Under the pieces are notes generated by a model. The model was not told where the DNA came from. It saw only the letters and a list, made by a program, of their open reading frames with translations, and made no database searches. Below, piece by piece: positions 50,662 through 64,000 of a stretch of DNA of 64,000 nucleotides (within the stretch, counting starts at the first letter, position 1; every line of letters starts with the position of its first letter). Where the stretch lies: positions 27,094,001-27,158,000 of the forward strand of contig NC_042999.1 in the NCBI RefSeq assembly GCF_006345805.1. Reading direction: 5' to 3'. The translations under genes were made by a program, and so were the position numbers. The DNA is from Octopus sinensis. Lineage: Eukaryota.

Positions 50662-51874
50662 ACGACCAGATAAATATTGAACTTTAACTGAAAGATAAAT
50701 GATCCGCTTTAGAGATCATATGTCATGCCATTTTCAAACGTTACGAATGTCGATAAGAGGACTTTGACAAATATAGTTGACAGATTGATAAAAAAAAGAT
50801 TAATCAATTAATCAATTAGCTAAGTAATTAACCAATTGACAAATTGCACTTGAACTAGTGCATAAGTTAATTATTGGTATAATGACACCCTTAAGATTAT
50901 TTATGCATGGCTTGTTCCAATTCGACCTTGATTAAAAAGAGACATGAGCATATGTTATCCCGGGCAACATTATCTGATGTATCTTTAACGTTTTAAAAGG
51001 TTGTAAGATATGATTTGAGGGATATATGGGAGCTGTTTTTAGATGATTATGGACCGCGTACAGGCAGCGGTTACTTGCAACCGAGATGTCTCGGAATGGG
51101 TATCCAAGAGCCAAGTTCCAGTGTTAAACTAGATTTTTTATTATGACCAGGCAATATTAAATATAATCCACTCGGCTAATTTCTACACAGGTTCCGTTGC
51201 CAAAGTGTCTCTCATGAAGCCTCGTGTTAACTCGAGCCTGTATTGCCCGACACATGCCCAAGGTATTACATACAGAGTAGAGAGTAACGTTGAATTATAT
51301 TATTGCTTAATTTCTTTCACTACTATTTGGTTGTACCTACCAACTGTGCCAAATAAATGAAAAGGAGAAGGATGAGATACAGGAAGGCGAGTTTTAAGAA
51401 CCAGAAACATAAGGATGTTGACGTCATGCATTGCATCGACTGCGTTTCTTTTGTCTTAACTCTCGATATGCATGAAGCCGTCTTTACTTCTATCTGGTTA
51501 AAATTCCCTGGCATACTAGGCGTGTGAGGTGAAATCAATCATCTCTTTTGCACTCTTAAAATGATCATAAATTTGTAAAGACAAGAAATTAGAATGCTAA
51601 AAGAACGACAGAATATCTCGATCCTTATATTTTCGAACAGAGAGACCAGCACCCCCATCCAGCACAAAGCAACATCCGTGGACCAGTTTCTGATAAAGGG
51701 TAGTAACATATGTGTCATATAGGCAGTTGGAAACGGTGTTTCCTGGAGCTGAAGAACAGTAACGTTTGTCCCATCCAGGACAGCCACATTATGCTGGCAA
51801 ATAGTCTTTACTTTAAAGAACTATTACTAAATATCTCACTTAGAGCGATTTAAAAATAATAATGTTTATATATA

Positions 51875-52270
51875 TCTTTATATATAAAAGAGAAGTTGCG
51901 TGTCTGTCTCCTACGATTTAGATTCCTAACTACTCCCACATTTTGCGGTGCAGTTTAACCAAAACCGGGTATCTTATATTCGTGATTCATATCGAGCCCT
52001 ACTGGGTATTAGCGCGCGTCTACGATGAGTCTACGATTTAAAAAAAGATTTACCATCATTTTTTTCCATTTTAATGCATTTTTTTCACTATTATATAAGG
52101 AAAGTAACTCTCTAAAAATGTCTACGATGAGTCAACGGTTTAAAAAAAATTACCATCATTTGTTTTCTATTTTTAATGCAATTTTTTGCTATTTTTTGGC
52201 TATAACTCTCAAAAAATGCTTATATAGTTATTTCTCTTACAAACCCGAACAACGCCGGGCGATACTGCTA

Positions 52271-52271
<1 letters not shown>
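51875..52271 (+). mobile_element. Non-autonomous Helitron with canonical ends and internal duplication
   Basis: A|TC...hairpin...CTAG|T; GTCTACGATGAGTC...TTACCATCATT occurs twice (about 52018 and 52120). Confidence 0.85.
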
Positions 52272-52331
<60 letters not shown>

Positions 52332-53419
52332 CAACGGGCGACTGCTATTAATCTACTAAGATTCAGAAATCATTATTTATAAATTCATTTGCATTTGATG
52401 GTCTTAAACTTGAGACATTTTCAAATGTCCCACCACCTCCAATGCAACTGCAACGAATATGTTTTATTTCTTATTTCATTATTTTTATTCAGATACCCAA
52501 TATATAACACAATGAAGGTCAGACAAGTGTTAATACCGATGGTACAGCACACCTGTAATAGGACGTATTAAGAAGCAAATTTTAAAAAATACAGTGTTGT
52601 ATTTCACAATACCTAAACTTGTCTAACAGCAATGTGTAAGTTAAGAATCCTAACTGAATCTTCAATAAGTATTAAAATACTATCGATCAGTGTTAAGGAA
52701 AAAAATTCATTATAAACGACTTTTTTTTTCTTCAAAAGTCCTCGACAGAATGAGTCTCTAAACACAATGGCTCTACAGGATTAGAAATATTCCATTTAAA
52801 ATTGTACGTGCAAGCTACAATATTATGATGTAGTTTACAAATACAAATTGGTATTTCGAGCCTGATCGATATTTTCTCATTCACGTTCATTGCAACGGTT
52901 TATTGATATGTGATAGGGATAAAGAAAATATATTTAAAAAAAAGCAATTACAGTGAAATAAAAATATCGTTGCCATTAAATCTTTAACGGGAAAGATCTT
53001 TTTTTGTTCTGTATTTTTTTTTAAAGAATATTGATTAATATCGATTTTTTCCTAGTGGCATCCAATCTGCTCTATCTAGTTAATAAAACTTCGCACGTTA
53101 TTTTATTTGAAATTCCTTCTTTTAATCAATTGCCATTACCCATGTTATATATATTTAAGAAATATGTACAACAAAGTCGTCCATTAGATAATACATCTAT
53201 TACCACATAACTTCCTATAACAGCTATTAGTGAAAATTTCAAAAAGGATTTATAAATACCGCAACACGCACAGCGGTAGTTCCTGGAAACCCAGAACTAT
53301 AATTCAAATTTGACTGCAACTTACAAAACGCCTCCACTATTCCTGCACATAACTCGCGAAATATCCATGTATGCATACGCAACAAAGACGCTCGTTCTTT
53401 TTTCTCTCCTTTTCTCTGT

Positions 53420-53467
<48 letters not shown>

Positions 53468-54024
53468 GAGCAGAGATACCTGGCGTTGCCCGTGTCACAT
53501 GGAATTGAAGATTTAGACTTTTATATTTTCGCTAAAGAAATGGAATACCTATGATTCGAATTTCATCAAAATAGGAGATTAATAATTTTAGTGAGGGCTC
53601 TTTCGCTCTTTACGCCCCCTAACAAATCTTCTAATCATGATATATTTATCCCATACTATTCATATTTATGCACAGATTCCAAAATGAAAATCTTAGAAAA
53701 TCTATTCAAAGGTTTTTGTTCCTGAAAAATGGAGCACATAGTGCACACAGAGTTCTAAAATGTGAGAATTAAAGCCCCTAGAGAGGGTTCTTAAAGTCAG
53801 CCAAAAAGGGTGAATTGCTGGGAATCTTTTTTAACTTGCTTGTGACCTATGTCCATTGTTCATCTTTTTTTTTTTTGAAATCGGAAATATGTGAATGTTC
53901 ACTGCGTTTGTAAAAGAGAGCAAAGCCAAAGGAAAAGGAAAAATGAAAAAAATGAGAAAAATAAAGGGAAAAGGTGAAGAAAACTTACAGCGACAGCTGC
54001 TCTTCTCAGTTTGTGTGACGTTCC

Positions 54025-54079
<55 letters not shown>

Positions 54080-54101
54080 TATTATTATTATTATTATTAT
54101 T

Positions 54102-54621
54102 GAGTGAGAGAGCGGTTCATGCCATCAAAGTGACACTGGGTTAAAATATACGAAGCCCAGTATACCTATCATGACTACCCATCTGTTAAGGGTACACAAG
54201 GCACATGCATCACAACCATATGTGTGCGACATGGTGATTTCATATGGGGGGGGGGACCCAGTTAGAATTTTTTTCTGGTCCAGTAACCCATCCTGCTCAA
54301 AGGTCCCTGAATAAGGATGTTGAACGAACCACCCATGTTTCAGAGGTGAATTATTCAAACCACAAAGAATCCCTCTCAACACATGGCTATGATGCTCCCC
54401 CACTACTTTTGCTCGTGATCAGAGATGCACATATCGTCAGCCAATAAGGGACATGGTCAACTGGTTACGGTCAAACAAATGACAAGCAAATCTGTGGTAT
54501 TGAGCAGAATATTTGCTGTAGCCCATCTTTTATACCAAGACAAAACAATGTACATGATATCACTTCCAATCAGCTAAGATCAGAATCCATGTGAGCCACT
54601 GCCTGGTACTGCATCAGGGCA
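54102..54621 (-). mobile_element. ~520-bp non-coding element bounded by (TAA)n repeats; putative non-autonomous partner of Dong/R4
   Basis: (TTA)n at 54027-54101 and from 54625; shares AGTGTCACTTT (minus strand) with the adjacent LINE 3' UTR. Confidence 0.5.
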
Positions 54622-54648
54622 TATATTATTATTAATATTATTATTATT

Positions 54649-54737
<89 letters not shown>

Positions 54738-55870
54738 GTTTTTTGCTGTGTGTAATGGAAAGTGTCAGGTGTCAAGAGCCAGCATACGAAAGTGACACTT
54801 GTTTACTGGTCATGCTTCAAGGACCCTGCGAAGAATTCTTACAGTTCCAAGCAATGCTGACTTTTGTGTATTTGTATTATCAGTGACGGCAATCTGAGAC
54901 GACCACGGTGAAGACTTTGGTAAGAAATTAGATTTTCTGAAATGCAGAAGCAGTCCTTTCTATATAAAATGAAAAGAACATTTAGTCAACAATTCTTGCC
55001 AGATGTTGCTTGGGACAATTTCTAGTGGTCAAGTGGTTGTACATAACCAAGGCAATATTGAGCAATGTTGATATTAAATTCTGCCTGACATTCTAAAGGC
55101 AACTAATGAAACGAGGCAACTGATCGCTATCACTCTTAAATTCCTACATACCTGAAAGTCCAATCTGAAGCAGATTTTTAAACATTTTAACCAGAACCTC
55201 GGTCTAACGATAGAAACCCTCCCTTATTGGATTTATCTCTCCTCGTACCGCGTAACAAATCAACCACCTCGCTTGATCTCAGCTCATAGGTATCCTTCCT
55301 ACTCTTCCAAAATGTCTCCATTATTTGTATATCCGATATGTCGGACACCAAAGGTGTGATTGCATATGCATACATAGTAACTTAGTGCATGCAGACGGTT
55401 CTTCAAAGTCTCCATTATTTGTGTTAGAGAATTCAAAGATAAAATGTATAGGATAGGTGAAAGAGAACTTCTTTGGTGAACCAAGCGGTCGACGCAAATG
55501 GTATGCGGGGTACTCGCTTATTTTGACCACCGAACATAATGCCGTTGTGCTTTGTAGTGATCCAGTTGCTGAAAAAGGAATGATGATAGAGTGTACTTAG
55601 GACAGCCACCCGGTAACAATACCCTATCCTTGTAAGGTTTTTGAACTGATGCAGTTTGAATCCTGTCAAATCAGGAGCTATTTATGAACCGCTGTATGAT
55701 GTGGAGTTTGGCCTTAATATATTGGCCTGAAATAGAACAGGAACATCGTTGACTATAGGCAATCGTCAGCGTCTTGCTTCGCAACTTTTTCCGAAATCTT
55801 TTATTCCCTGTTAAGCAGAATGATGGGCTTGGAGTTATCAACCTCCTTCCCTTTGATCTTTTTTATAATC
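54738..55870 (-). mobile_element. Decayed R4/Dong-like LINE with 3' end in (TAA)n/(TGA)n
   Basis: C-terminus ALLGTVRILRRVLEA* (about 54860-54812); RT motif QRSSLSPILYILSLNSL. Confidence 0.7.
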
Positions 55871-56227
55871 AGCACTCTATGCCTTCCTTAGTTGTCAACT
55901 TTAGTAGACAACTATGAAAACAGAAGCAATCCTATTGAGTTTATTAATACAAATTGCAAAGCAGAACCATATAAACTTGTACCCTACACAACAGTTTAAA
56001 AGACCCATTTATTCATCTGCTGAAAAACGTAGTAATATTTTATTGATATTGAAAATATCTAAACACGTGCGCAGTATAGTTTTACGAATTAATACGTTAA
56101 TTATTTCTTTCTATTATTTAATCTACATGATTTTTGTTGCATTTAATAACATCTTACATAATTTTTAGTAAACAAATGTATATATCTGTTATATTTTCAT
56201 ACATTTAATTACATTTACAATTGTTAC

Positions 56228-56508
<281 letters not shown>

Positions 56509-57499
56509 CCCTCAGGCTGTATGTTCTATTTCTCTTTTCTATCAATTTTCCCCCAATTATCGTGTTATAAACCATAACATTTCCTTTCCTTTTACTGTTT
56601 GAAAATCTGTCGCTAATGAGTCGTATCGTTCATTTGATTGTATATACATTGTGAAATTTCTTATAAGCATTTCTGCTTTTTCATACCAATAACTATACCA
56701 GAATTGTAAATCACCGTATCTTAATTGTGAAATATCATTTCTTACCAGTAAACAATACTAAGTAAGCAGCATATATTCTTGTTAGTAGCACAAAATTTAT
56801 TTTGTTTTGTTGAATATTTGTGATTTACATTTAAGAAACATGCCCTAAAGCGACTGCATGTCATACAATCAATTTTAACATCCATTTTCCGAGCATCAAC
56901 GTAAAAGTTTCTACTTAATAACTGAACTTGAATTGACAGTAAAATTGTCTTTAAAAAACAGAAAATGCATCAAAATTCGTAGCATATTAAATGCCTAAAT
57001 TTTAGAATATCAAACGCTGCTTAAACTCAGTTTGCTCGATTACTCATTAAACTGTGCATGACTTTTGCGCTTAAGATCACTGTTCGATTGACAACGGTTA
57101 CTGGCTTTTCCTTGTGTACAATGTTTTAATCCGTTGAGCTAGAAGATCAATCATTGCTTTCACTCATAAAGAAGCAGTTTCAAGTAATTTTATCCATGGA
57201 TATGATCTCGATCGATACAGAGGCAAGAGTTTCACTCCGAAAAAACTCTACGTCACTGGAACTAGCCTCAAAAGAAGTGCAGGGAATTTGAAATTGATCG
57301 AATATGATCATTTGAGCACAAATGTTCCTCTAATTCATGTTTCATCTGAATTTCTTATAGTGTTAAATTCAAACAATCCTCATACACCTCGGAACTTGGA
57401 ACAATGTGATACCGTCTTACATCAGAATTCATCATTCTTATTAGATCATGTAAAAGAACCAATTTTTTCTTTTTATCTGTTCTTTAATGGCTCGGATGT

Positions 57500-57879
57500 G
57501 GAGGCGCAATGGCCCAGTGGTTAGGGCAGCGGATTCGCGGTCGTAGGATCGCGGTTTCGATTCCCAGACCGGGCGTTGTGAGTGTTTATTGAGCGAAAAC
57601 ACCTAAAAGCTCCACGAGGCTCCGGCAGGGATGGTGGTGATCCTGCTATATTCTTTCAGCACAACTTTCTCTCACTCTTACCTCCTGTTTCTGTTGTACC
57701 TGTATTTCAAAGGGCCGGTCTTGTCACTCTCTGTGTCACGCTGAATATCCCCGAGAACTGCGTTAAGGGTACACGTGTCTGTGGAGTGCTCAGCCACTTA
57801 CACGTTAATTTCACAAGCAGGCTGTTCCGTTGATCGGATCAACCGGAACCCTCGTCGTCGTAACCGACGGAGTGCTTCC
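57500..57879 (+). mobile_element. tRNA-derived SINE family C (octopus OR-type by recall)
   Basis: A box TGGCCCAGTGG, B box GTTTCGATTCC; head shared with 61553-61855. Confidence 0.8.
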
Positions 57880-58627
57880 CTCGAATGTCTCGGATATTCG
57901 ATCTTGATACTCTCAAACCATAACACACGAACGGCATTCACTTCTCTCCGGTATCATTCACTTACGAAATATCTCACCAAACTTAGCTATTTTCTTCGGA
58001 ACAAATTTGATTGCTCTTGTCAAGTCAAATTGTCACTTACAATTTAATTAAGTTTTGCTAACGTGTTTCTTTTGTTGCCTTTCAACGTGTATATTCCTTG
58101 CACGTGAGGCAACAGTGCACGCTATAAGTAACGACCTGAGTATTTGGAACGTTTTTACTTAATTTCGTCCAAGGAAATGAATTCGTCGTTGTTAAATAGC
58201 GTTTTAATGAACTTACTTATTTTTTGTCGCCTCATCTGTCATTCAAACAGATAACGTCTGAATCAGGAGTCTAACGTGGAGATATGCTAGGTCTGGTGCT
58301 TCTCATTTAAGCAATTGATAGCGCTGTTAGAATTTTGCCAAATGAATTTACAATTTAGTTCCTTGGTGATACTTGTTTTTGTGGTCATGCAATCATGGTA
58401 CTGAACTCTGTAGAACAACCTATGAAAGAAATAGAGTCTTGTACTAAAAGGGAAAGTAAAGGGATGTGAATATTTTATTATTAATTACCGTTTGGTTGTA
58501 TTCCAAAATATAATAAAGATATTCAATTGTTTTCTATCTATAACCATCGATAAAATTAATGGTTCACCTCAGAATCAATAAGCGACTCTAGCGTTCCAGC
58601 AACTTTATTTTATTCTTTGAAACATCT

Positions 58628-59007
58628 GGAGTGGCTGTGTGGTAAGTAGCTTGCTTAACAACCACATGGTTCCGGGTTCAGTCCCACTGCGTGGCATCTT
58701 GGGTAAGTGTCTTCTACTATAGCCTCGGGCCTACCAAAGCCTTGTGAGTGGATTTGGTAGACGGAAACTGAAAGAAGTCCGTCGTATATATGTATATATA
58801 TATGTGTGTGTGTGTGTTTGTGTGTCTGTGTTTGTCCCCCCATCATCGCTTGACAACCGATGCTGGTGTGTTTACGTCACCGTCACTTAGCGCTTCGGCA
58901 AAAGAGACCGATAGAATAAGTCCCGGGGTCGATTTGCTCGACTGAAAACGGTGCTCCAGCATGGCCGCAGTCATATGACTGAAACAAGTAAAAGAGAGAA
59001 AGAGAGA
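58628..59007 (+). mobile_element. SINE family A
   Basis: Homologous to 957-1358. Confidence 0.9.
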
Positions 59008-60676
59008 TCCCTTTGATATCGATACTGATTCGCCCTTTAAGAAGCCTTCTTACCATTAAATTTGTAATCCTTTAACTAATTTTGACCGCTTTGTATAACA
59101 ATGCTGGAGAAAATATTGAATGTTAATTTGTCAACTGAGCTTATCTGGGAACAAACCTCTTTGACATTACATTGCATTGGTATGGATTTTTGAAGATATG
59201 GAGATATTTCATTGCTTGCATCTGGGCTTTGTTTCATGTTTTGTTGACTTTAGCGAATATTAACATCCCCCATGTTAACAGGAATTCTAATTTCATCAGA
59301 GATATGGAGATAACATTAACAGAGTAATTTGAAACAGGACTTGCTTTAAAATGATGAAAGTTAAGGTATGGGAAATGCTGTTTTGATACAATTTAAATTT
59401 GACAGTTATTTAACGAATCTTAATCAGCCGGCTTGTGTGTTAATATTAGTTATGCAGAATAAAATCGGCTGCATAGTACAAATTTCTACTGATATCAAAA
59501 TTTGTCATTTTAATAAGCAGCGTCATTAACTGTGGATATCCATAATTGTACACCATGCAAATATTATTGCAAAAGTTTCATGTTCTGCGTGGGATTACAT
59601 ACACTTTCTTGCATTTAAACGCCGACAGGTTTATGAGACACTCCGAAGTTAACAGTAAAATACGGTTATTCTAGAATGCATTATTCTATGCGTTCTAGAA
59701 CCCGGCAATTTGTCTCGGTAAAAAGAAAAATATCTTTAGAGAAAAGGGTACTGTCGTGTGATGTACCGCGTTTATAATGTTTTCTAAATTTCCCTATTTA
59801 ATTGCGTTGATCTACCTAATTCATTAAGGGAGCAGATAAAGAATTTTACATATTCAGTGATAGATAGTCATTGTAATATTTTCCATTAATTGTTGTTGAA
59901 ATAAACGGTGTTTTAGTTACATGAACATAATCGCTTTTATACTGCTTCACTTTGAAACTTATTAGACCAATTAAGCAGCGGTGAAAAGCCACATGATTCT
60001 ATGTATCAAACGGAAGTCATTGTACGAAGTAATACTTCTAACTTCCTGTGTTATCTTTTCAGTCATTAAAGGCATATGTGTGCATGTAAACATACAGGTA
60101 CACATTGGTGTATGTAAATGTATATGTTTTTGCATATGTGTGTGGAATATACATATAGAAATAGGGTAAATACTCACCATGTTTTATTGTACTAAAATAC
60201 TGACTACTGTCTATCAAATTACCATTAAAACTAAAAGAAAGTACCAGAAGAAAACAAAGTGTTTTATAAGTTCCGTGAAAGCGTTTTTAAGAGGAAGGTG
60301 CATACAAAAATAAAGCATTTCTTGTTCTGTCTCTTACTGACAAATTTGTAGATATCTTTAAAATGAAAAGACGTACCTTATTCTCTTTTATAATTTCTGA
60401 GAATCATCGCCACATATTTAAATCTACTATCCTAAGAGAATGAGTAGACAACTGTCTGCTTAACTCCAAGTTGGACACTATGTCTAACTGTGGATGGAAA
60501 AAACCCATATAGTTCTGAATAATAAAGGTTAAATACCGCCATCATTACTACAACTACCTGCAGTCATCACCACCGACAACGACAACTTATACGTCTGAGT
60601 TTGTTTATCTGAAATAGTATTTTCTACAACATTCTAACTCCTGTATCTTTGTATGTATATAAGGATTTGAATAGTA

Positions 60677-61228
60677 TTGGGTTGTCCGGAAAGTTCGTGC
60701 CGATTTATAGAAGCTTACCTTTCGACTTACATGGTTGAGTCCATAAAATAGGATTTGACTACACCTCCATTTAGAGCTCAGTTTAAGCTATCTATTCGTG
60801 GAAGAAGGTTTAAGATCCTATAACCTGTGTTAATTCTGTAACCCTTTAAAATAGAAGATAAGGAAGTTTATTTTCGGCACTTGATGCTTTGGGAACCAGA
60901 AACAAATTTGCTGCAAATCGGCTGAGATGTGTTACCCCACCCTCGATATTCACCAGATATTGCTCCTTCGGATTTCCACATATTCAGGTCTCTGCAGATT
61001 AATCTGAATGGTAAAAATTTGAGTTCCTTGCATGACGTAAAAAGATACCTTGATGAATTTTTTTGTCATGAAACTACCTCAATTTTGGGTATTTTCAAGT
61101 TAAAAGAAAAATGGTGACGCATTGTGCAACAAAATGGTTCATATTTGGGTGATTAAAATGTAATGGCAAGTATTTATTGACCTTTTCCTTTCCTTTAAAA
61201 ATCGGCACGAACTTTCCGGACCATCCAA
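60677..61228 (+). mobile_element. Internally deleted mariner element with both TIRs and TA TSD
   Basis: TTGGGTTGTCCGGAAAGTTCGTGCCGATTT / AAATCGGCACGAACTTTCCGGACCATCCAA; LPHPRYSPDIAPSDFHIFRSLQ. Confidence 0.93.
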
Positions 61229-61552
61229 TATATCAATTTCGGTATATGACCACATAAAACACGTCTCATGTGGTCAAGTAATCGTTCGTTTATGTAGGCA
61301 TGTAATTGTTCGTTTATCGTGTAGATGATGTGTGGGAATGCATCAGTCCCGAATTATGAGGTGTAGACATTTTAGTTCATGGAAAATTTCCAAAAATTCC
61401 AAGTTGGATGGTATCAAGTATTATAATCGTTTAGGGGAAGCTGTTTGCATTTCTAATATGTTATCATTTTAAATACAATATTCTTTAAATAAACATTTCA
61501 GATTTTGAGTTTATGTGAATTTTGCTAAGAATGGTAAATATAACATTCTAAT

Positions 61553-61855
61553 TTTTTTTTGCTCCTTCTCGAGCCATGCCCGGCTCATAAGGGCCGGTTT
61601 CCCGGTTTCTTGGCGTATAGGTTCCCCACCTGTACGGAACGCCAATCCGTCGCAGGTGAGCTGCAAGATGCGGGAGGAAAAAGTGAGAGAAAGTTGTGGC
61701 GAAAGAGTCAGCAGAAGTTCGCCATTACCTTCTGTCGGAGCCGCGTGGAGCTTAGGTGGTTCGCTCATAAACACAAACATCGCCCGGTCTGAGATTCGAA
61801 CCCGCGATCCCTCGACCGCAAATCCGCTGCACTAACCAATAGGCCATGTGCCTCC
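61553..61855 (-). mobile_element. tRNA-derived SINE family C', same head as 57500 but different 3' half
   Basis: GGAGGCACATGGCCTATTGGTTAG...GGTTCGAATCTC...CACCTAAGCTCCACG. Confidence 0.8.
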
Positions 61856-63010
61856 ACCTAGTAACAATGGAGTGAGTGTTTAACTGACTGCAAATAGATA
61901 TTCCACATCATACATAAAATACTTTTTCTCATATTCATTCACCCATATATACATATATATTGATATACCGAGTTAGATAAAGCAAATCACTTATAAAACA
62001 ATAATAAATACTTGACTGAAGCTTTCAAGAACATTCGTAAAGTAGTGGATCATTATATTTCCACCCAATCGTGCCTATTATGTCGCTAGTAGCATGGGTG
62101 CAGAGACATGACCGTCCAATAAAAAATGGTCAGTCTTCAAGTATGTGATGCCAAATTCACTTTTATATTGGTATAGTCTCAAGAAATAGACGTTCCATTG
62201 AATAATACAGTATATCAGGAAATAAAGATGGGCGATATGATCGGAAGGCTTTTGATAAGTTTTGCTCATTTAGGTCAATAATATGTTTCAAATTTCACAA
62301 TATTGTATTCCTTCATATGCGTAACATCACAATATACAGAAAATAAAAATGACTAGAAGAGGAATGGATTTAATTTTAGACGAATGCTAACTGAATTATT
62401 CAAGAAACCTCCCGGTAGTCGTTGAATTTTTGTTCAGGTCTAATGATTCGACTGAGTGACACACGTTTCTCGAGAGCTTATGAGGGATATCTCCTTAAAA
62501 TGTTTTAATCTCGAATGCTACGCTGCCATCTTCAAAAATACAAGGATTAAAGAAGAATAATAATTTCGGATATCGATTCACTATTGACGTGAGGTCACTG
62601 TTAGAGCGATTTTGCTTATGAGTCTGCTCAATGAAGACAGATCTAGGCAGAAACGACAACGAAAACAGTTATATTTCAAAATCAATTATAACAACAACAA
62701 CCGTAATAATGATGATGATGATGATGATGATGATGATTGGCGGTTTACGAGGAGCTACACACCAAAAGCGACCGACTGTATGTTCCTAGAAACGGGGGCG
62801 GAAGTGGTCTCATAGTTTGAAAGATCTGTATTGTCAACGAGAAGAACAGAAAAAAAATCATATGCATGAAACTATTGTTGATAAAATTTCGAGGTCACTG
62901 TCAATAAAATTCAAAATATCGGATTTCTTCATGTTTTCAGTCTTTATATTTCTACAAAAATCTTCTAATCATATGTGTTTATGTTTGTGTGCGAGTGTGA
63001 GCGTTTAAGT

Positions 63011-63044
<34 letters not shown>

Positions 63045-63073
63045 GTATATGTCTGTTTGTTAGTGTGTGTATA

Positions 63074-63113
<40 letters not shown>

Positions 63114-63196
63114 CACACACACGTATAGATGCATGAATATATATATATATATATATAAGTTTGTGTGTTTATATGAATATATATCTATATATATAT

Positions 63197-63230
<34 letters not shown>

Positions 63231-63893
63231 ATATATATATATATATGCATATGTATGTATCCTCATGACACCATCAAATTCAACATTCTTTTGACATTCA
63301 ATTACCTCGTGTTTAATATTCTGATACAATCAATTTGCTAAATTGCGCGAAAAAAAATGCAATTAGATTCCTGTGGGCATTGAACACGACTGATGTGAAA
63401 ATATCCCCAATACTATAATAAACTACAGATCTGTTCATTATCTAAACATTTCAATCCAATTTGTACATAATATTGCAATCTCTAAAAGCATTATGGTCTT
63501 TCTGGAATATATCCATGTGAATTCGGTTTTAAAAGCGTCAATATTGTCTTTCAAATATTTTCTTTTCGTAAACTAAAGCATAATAACAATCTCATCAGAT
63601 ATGTTTTAACACAATCTTTGTTTATATTAACTTTCTAATTGATTCTTTCTCGGTACTCTCAACAGAGAAATAGAAAATTATAAACTATATCAATGACAAA
63701 TCGCTATTTGATTAATGTTTATTTTTCTCTCTGTCGCAGAAGTGTTTAAATGTAAAACGAAAAGAAATATCAATAGGTGTAGTCACACACACAAATACAA
63801 ACTCAGAAAAACGCTAAATTTTTTGTTAGTACAGTAGAATCAACCTTCAATTTTAGATCTATAGTGATTACTTTTATAATATAGTCTATCAGC

Positions 63894-64000
63894 AAGGCGG
63901 CGAACTGGCGGAAACGTTAGCACGCCGGACGAAATGCTCGGCAGTATTTCGTTTGCCGCTAGGTTCTGAGTTCAAATTCCGCCGAGGTCGACTTTGCCTT
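63894..64000 (+). mobile_element. SINE family B, 5' part (runs off the window)
   Basis: AAGGCGGCGAACTGGCGGAAACGTTAGCACGCC...GAGTTCAAATTCC. Confidence 0.85.

Noticed and set aside
57500-57572. tRNA-like sequences (also at 957, 47193, 61790)
   Set aside because: They continue into SINE bodies and have imperfect cloverleaves, so they are SINE heads rather than tRNA genes.
63720-63782. Polypyrimidine-CAG followed 37 nt later by AG|GT (possible micro-exon)
   Set aside because: Weak donor and no supporting homology or neighbouring exons; needs RNA-seq.

Overview
AT-rich, microsatellite-dense eukaryotic non-coding DNA. The SINE repertoire suggests an octopus genome (inference from recalled repeat families, not a database hit). 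No host protein-coding gene could be supported, and most of the ORF track comes from (TA)n/(CA)n repeats. The main feature is a ~6.7 kb Neptune-type Penelope-like retroelement (PLE; RT plus C-terminal GIY-YIG) in (TA)n. It consists of two 5'-truncated copies joined head-to-head, giving 2.48 kb inverted arms. Its 3' pseudo-LTR holds a five-fold CCAAT+CRE array, a TATA box, a candidate 8-codon exon with a splice donor, and a hammerhead ribozyme (HHR) fold. An upstream coiled-coil ORF joins the RT frame through a T_TTT_TTA_G motif that fits both a -1 frameshift site and an in-phase splice acceptor. Several short PLE/retrozyme-like elements carry type I HHRs, with three different pairs at the tertiary 3:8 position (C:G, U:A, G:C). 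A tRNA-derived SINE was hit twice at the same head position by a Tx1/L1-like family with a 15-bp TSD. The remainder is tRNA-SINEs, Tc1/mariner relics, non-autonomous Helitrons, R4/Dong-like LINE relics and a near-perfect 368-bp tandem duplication. All alignments and folds were done by eye; boundaries of decayed elements are approximate.
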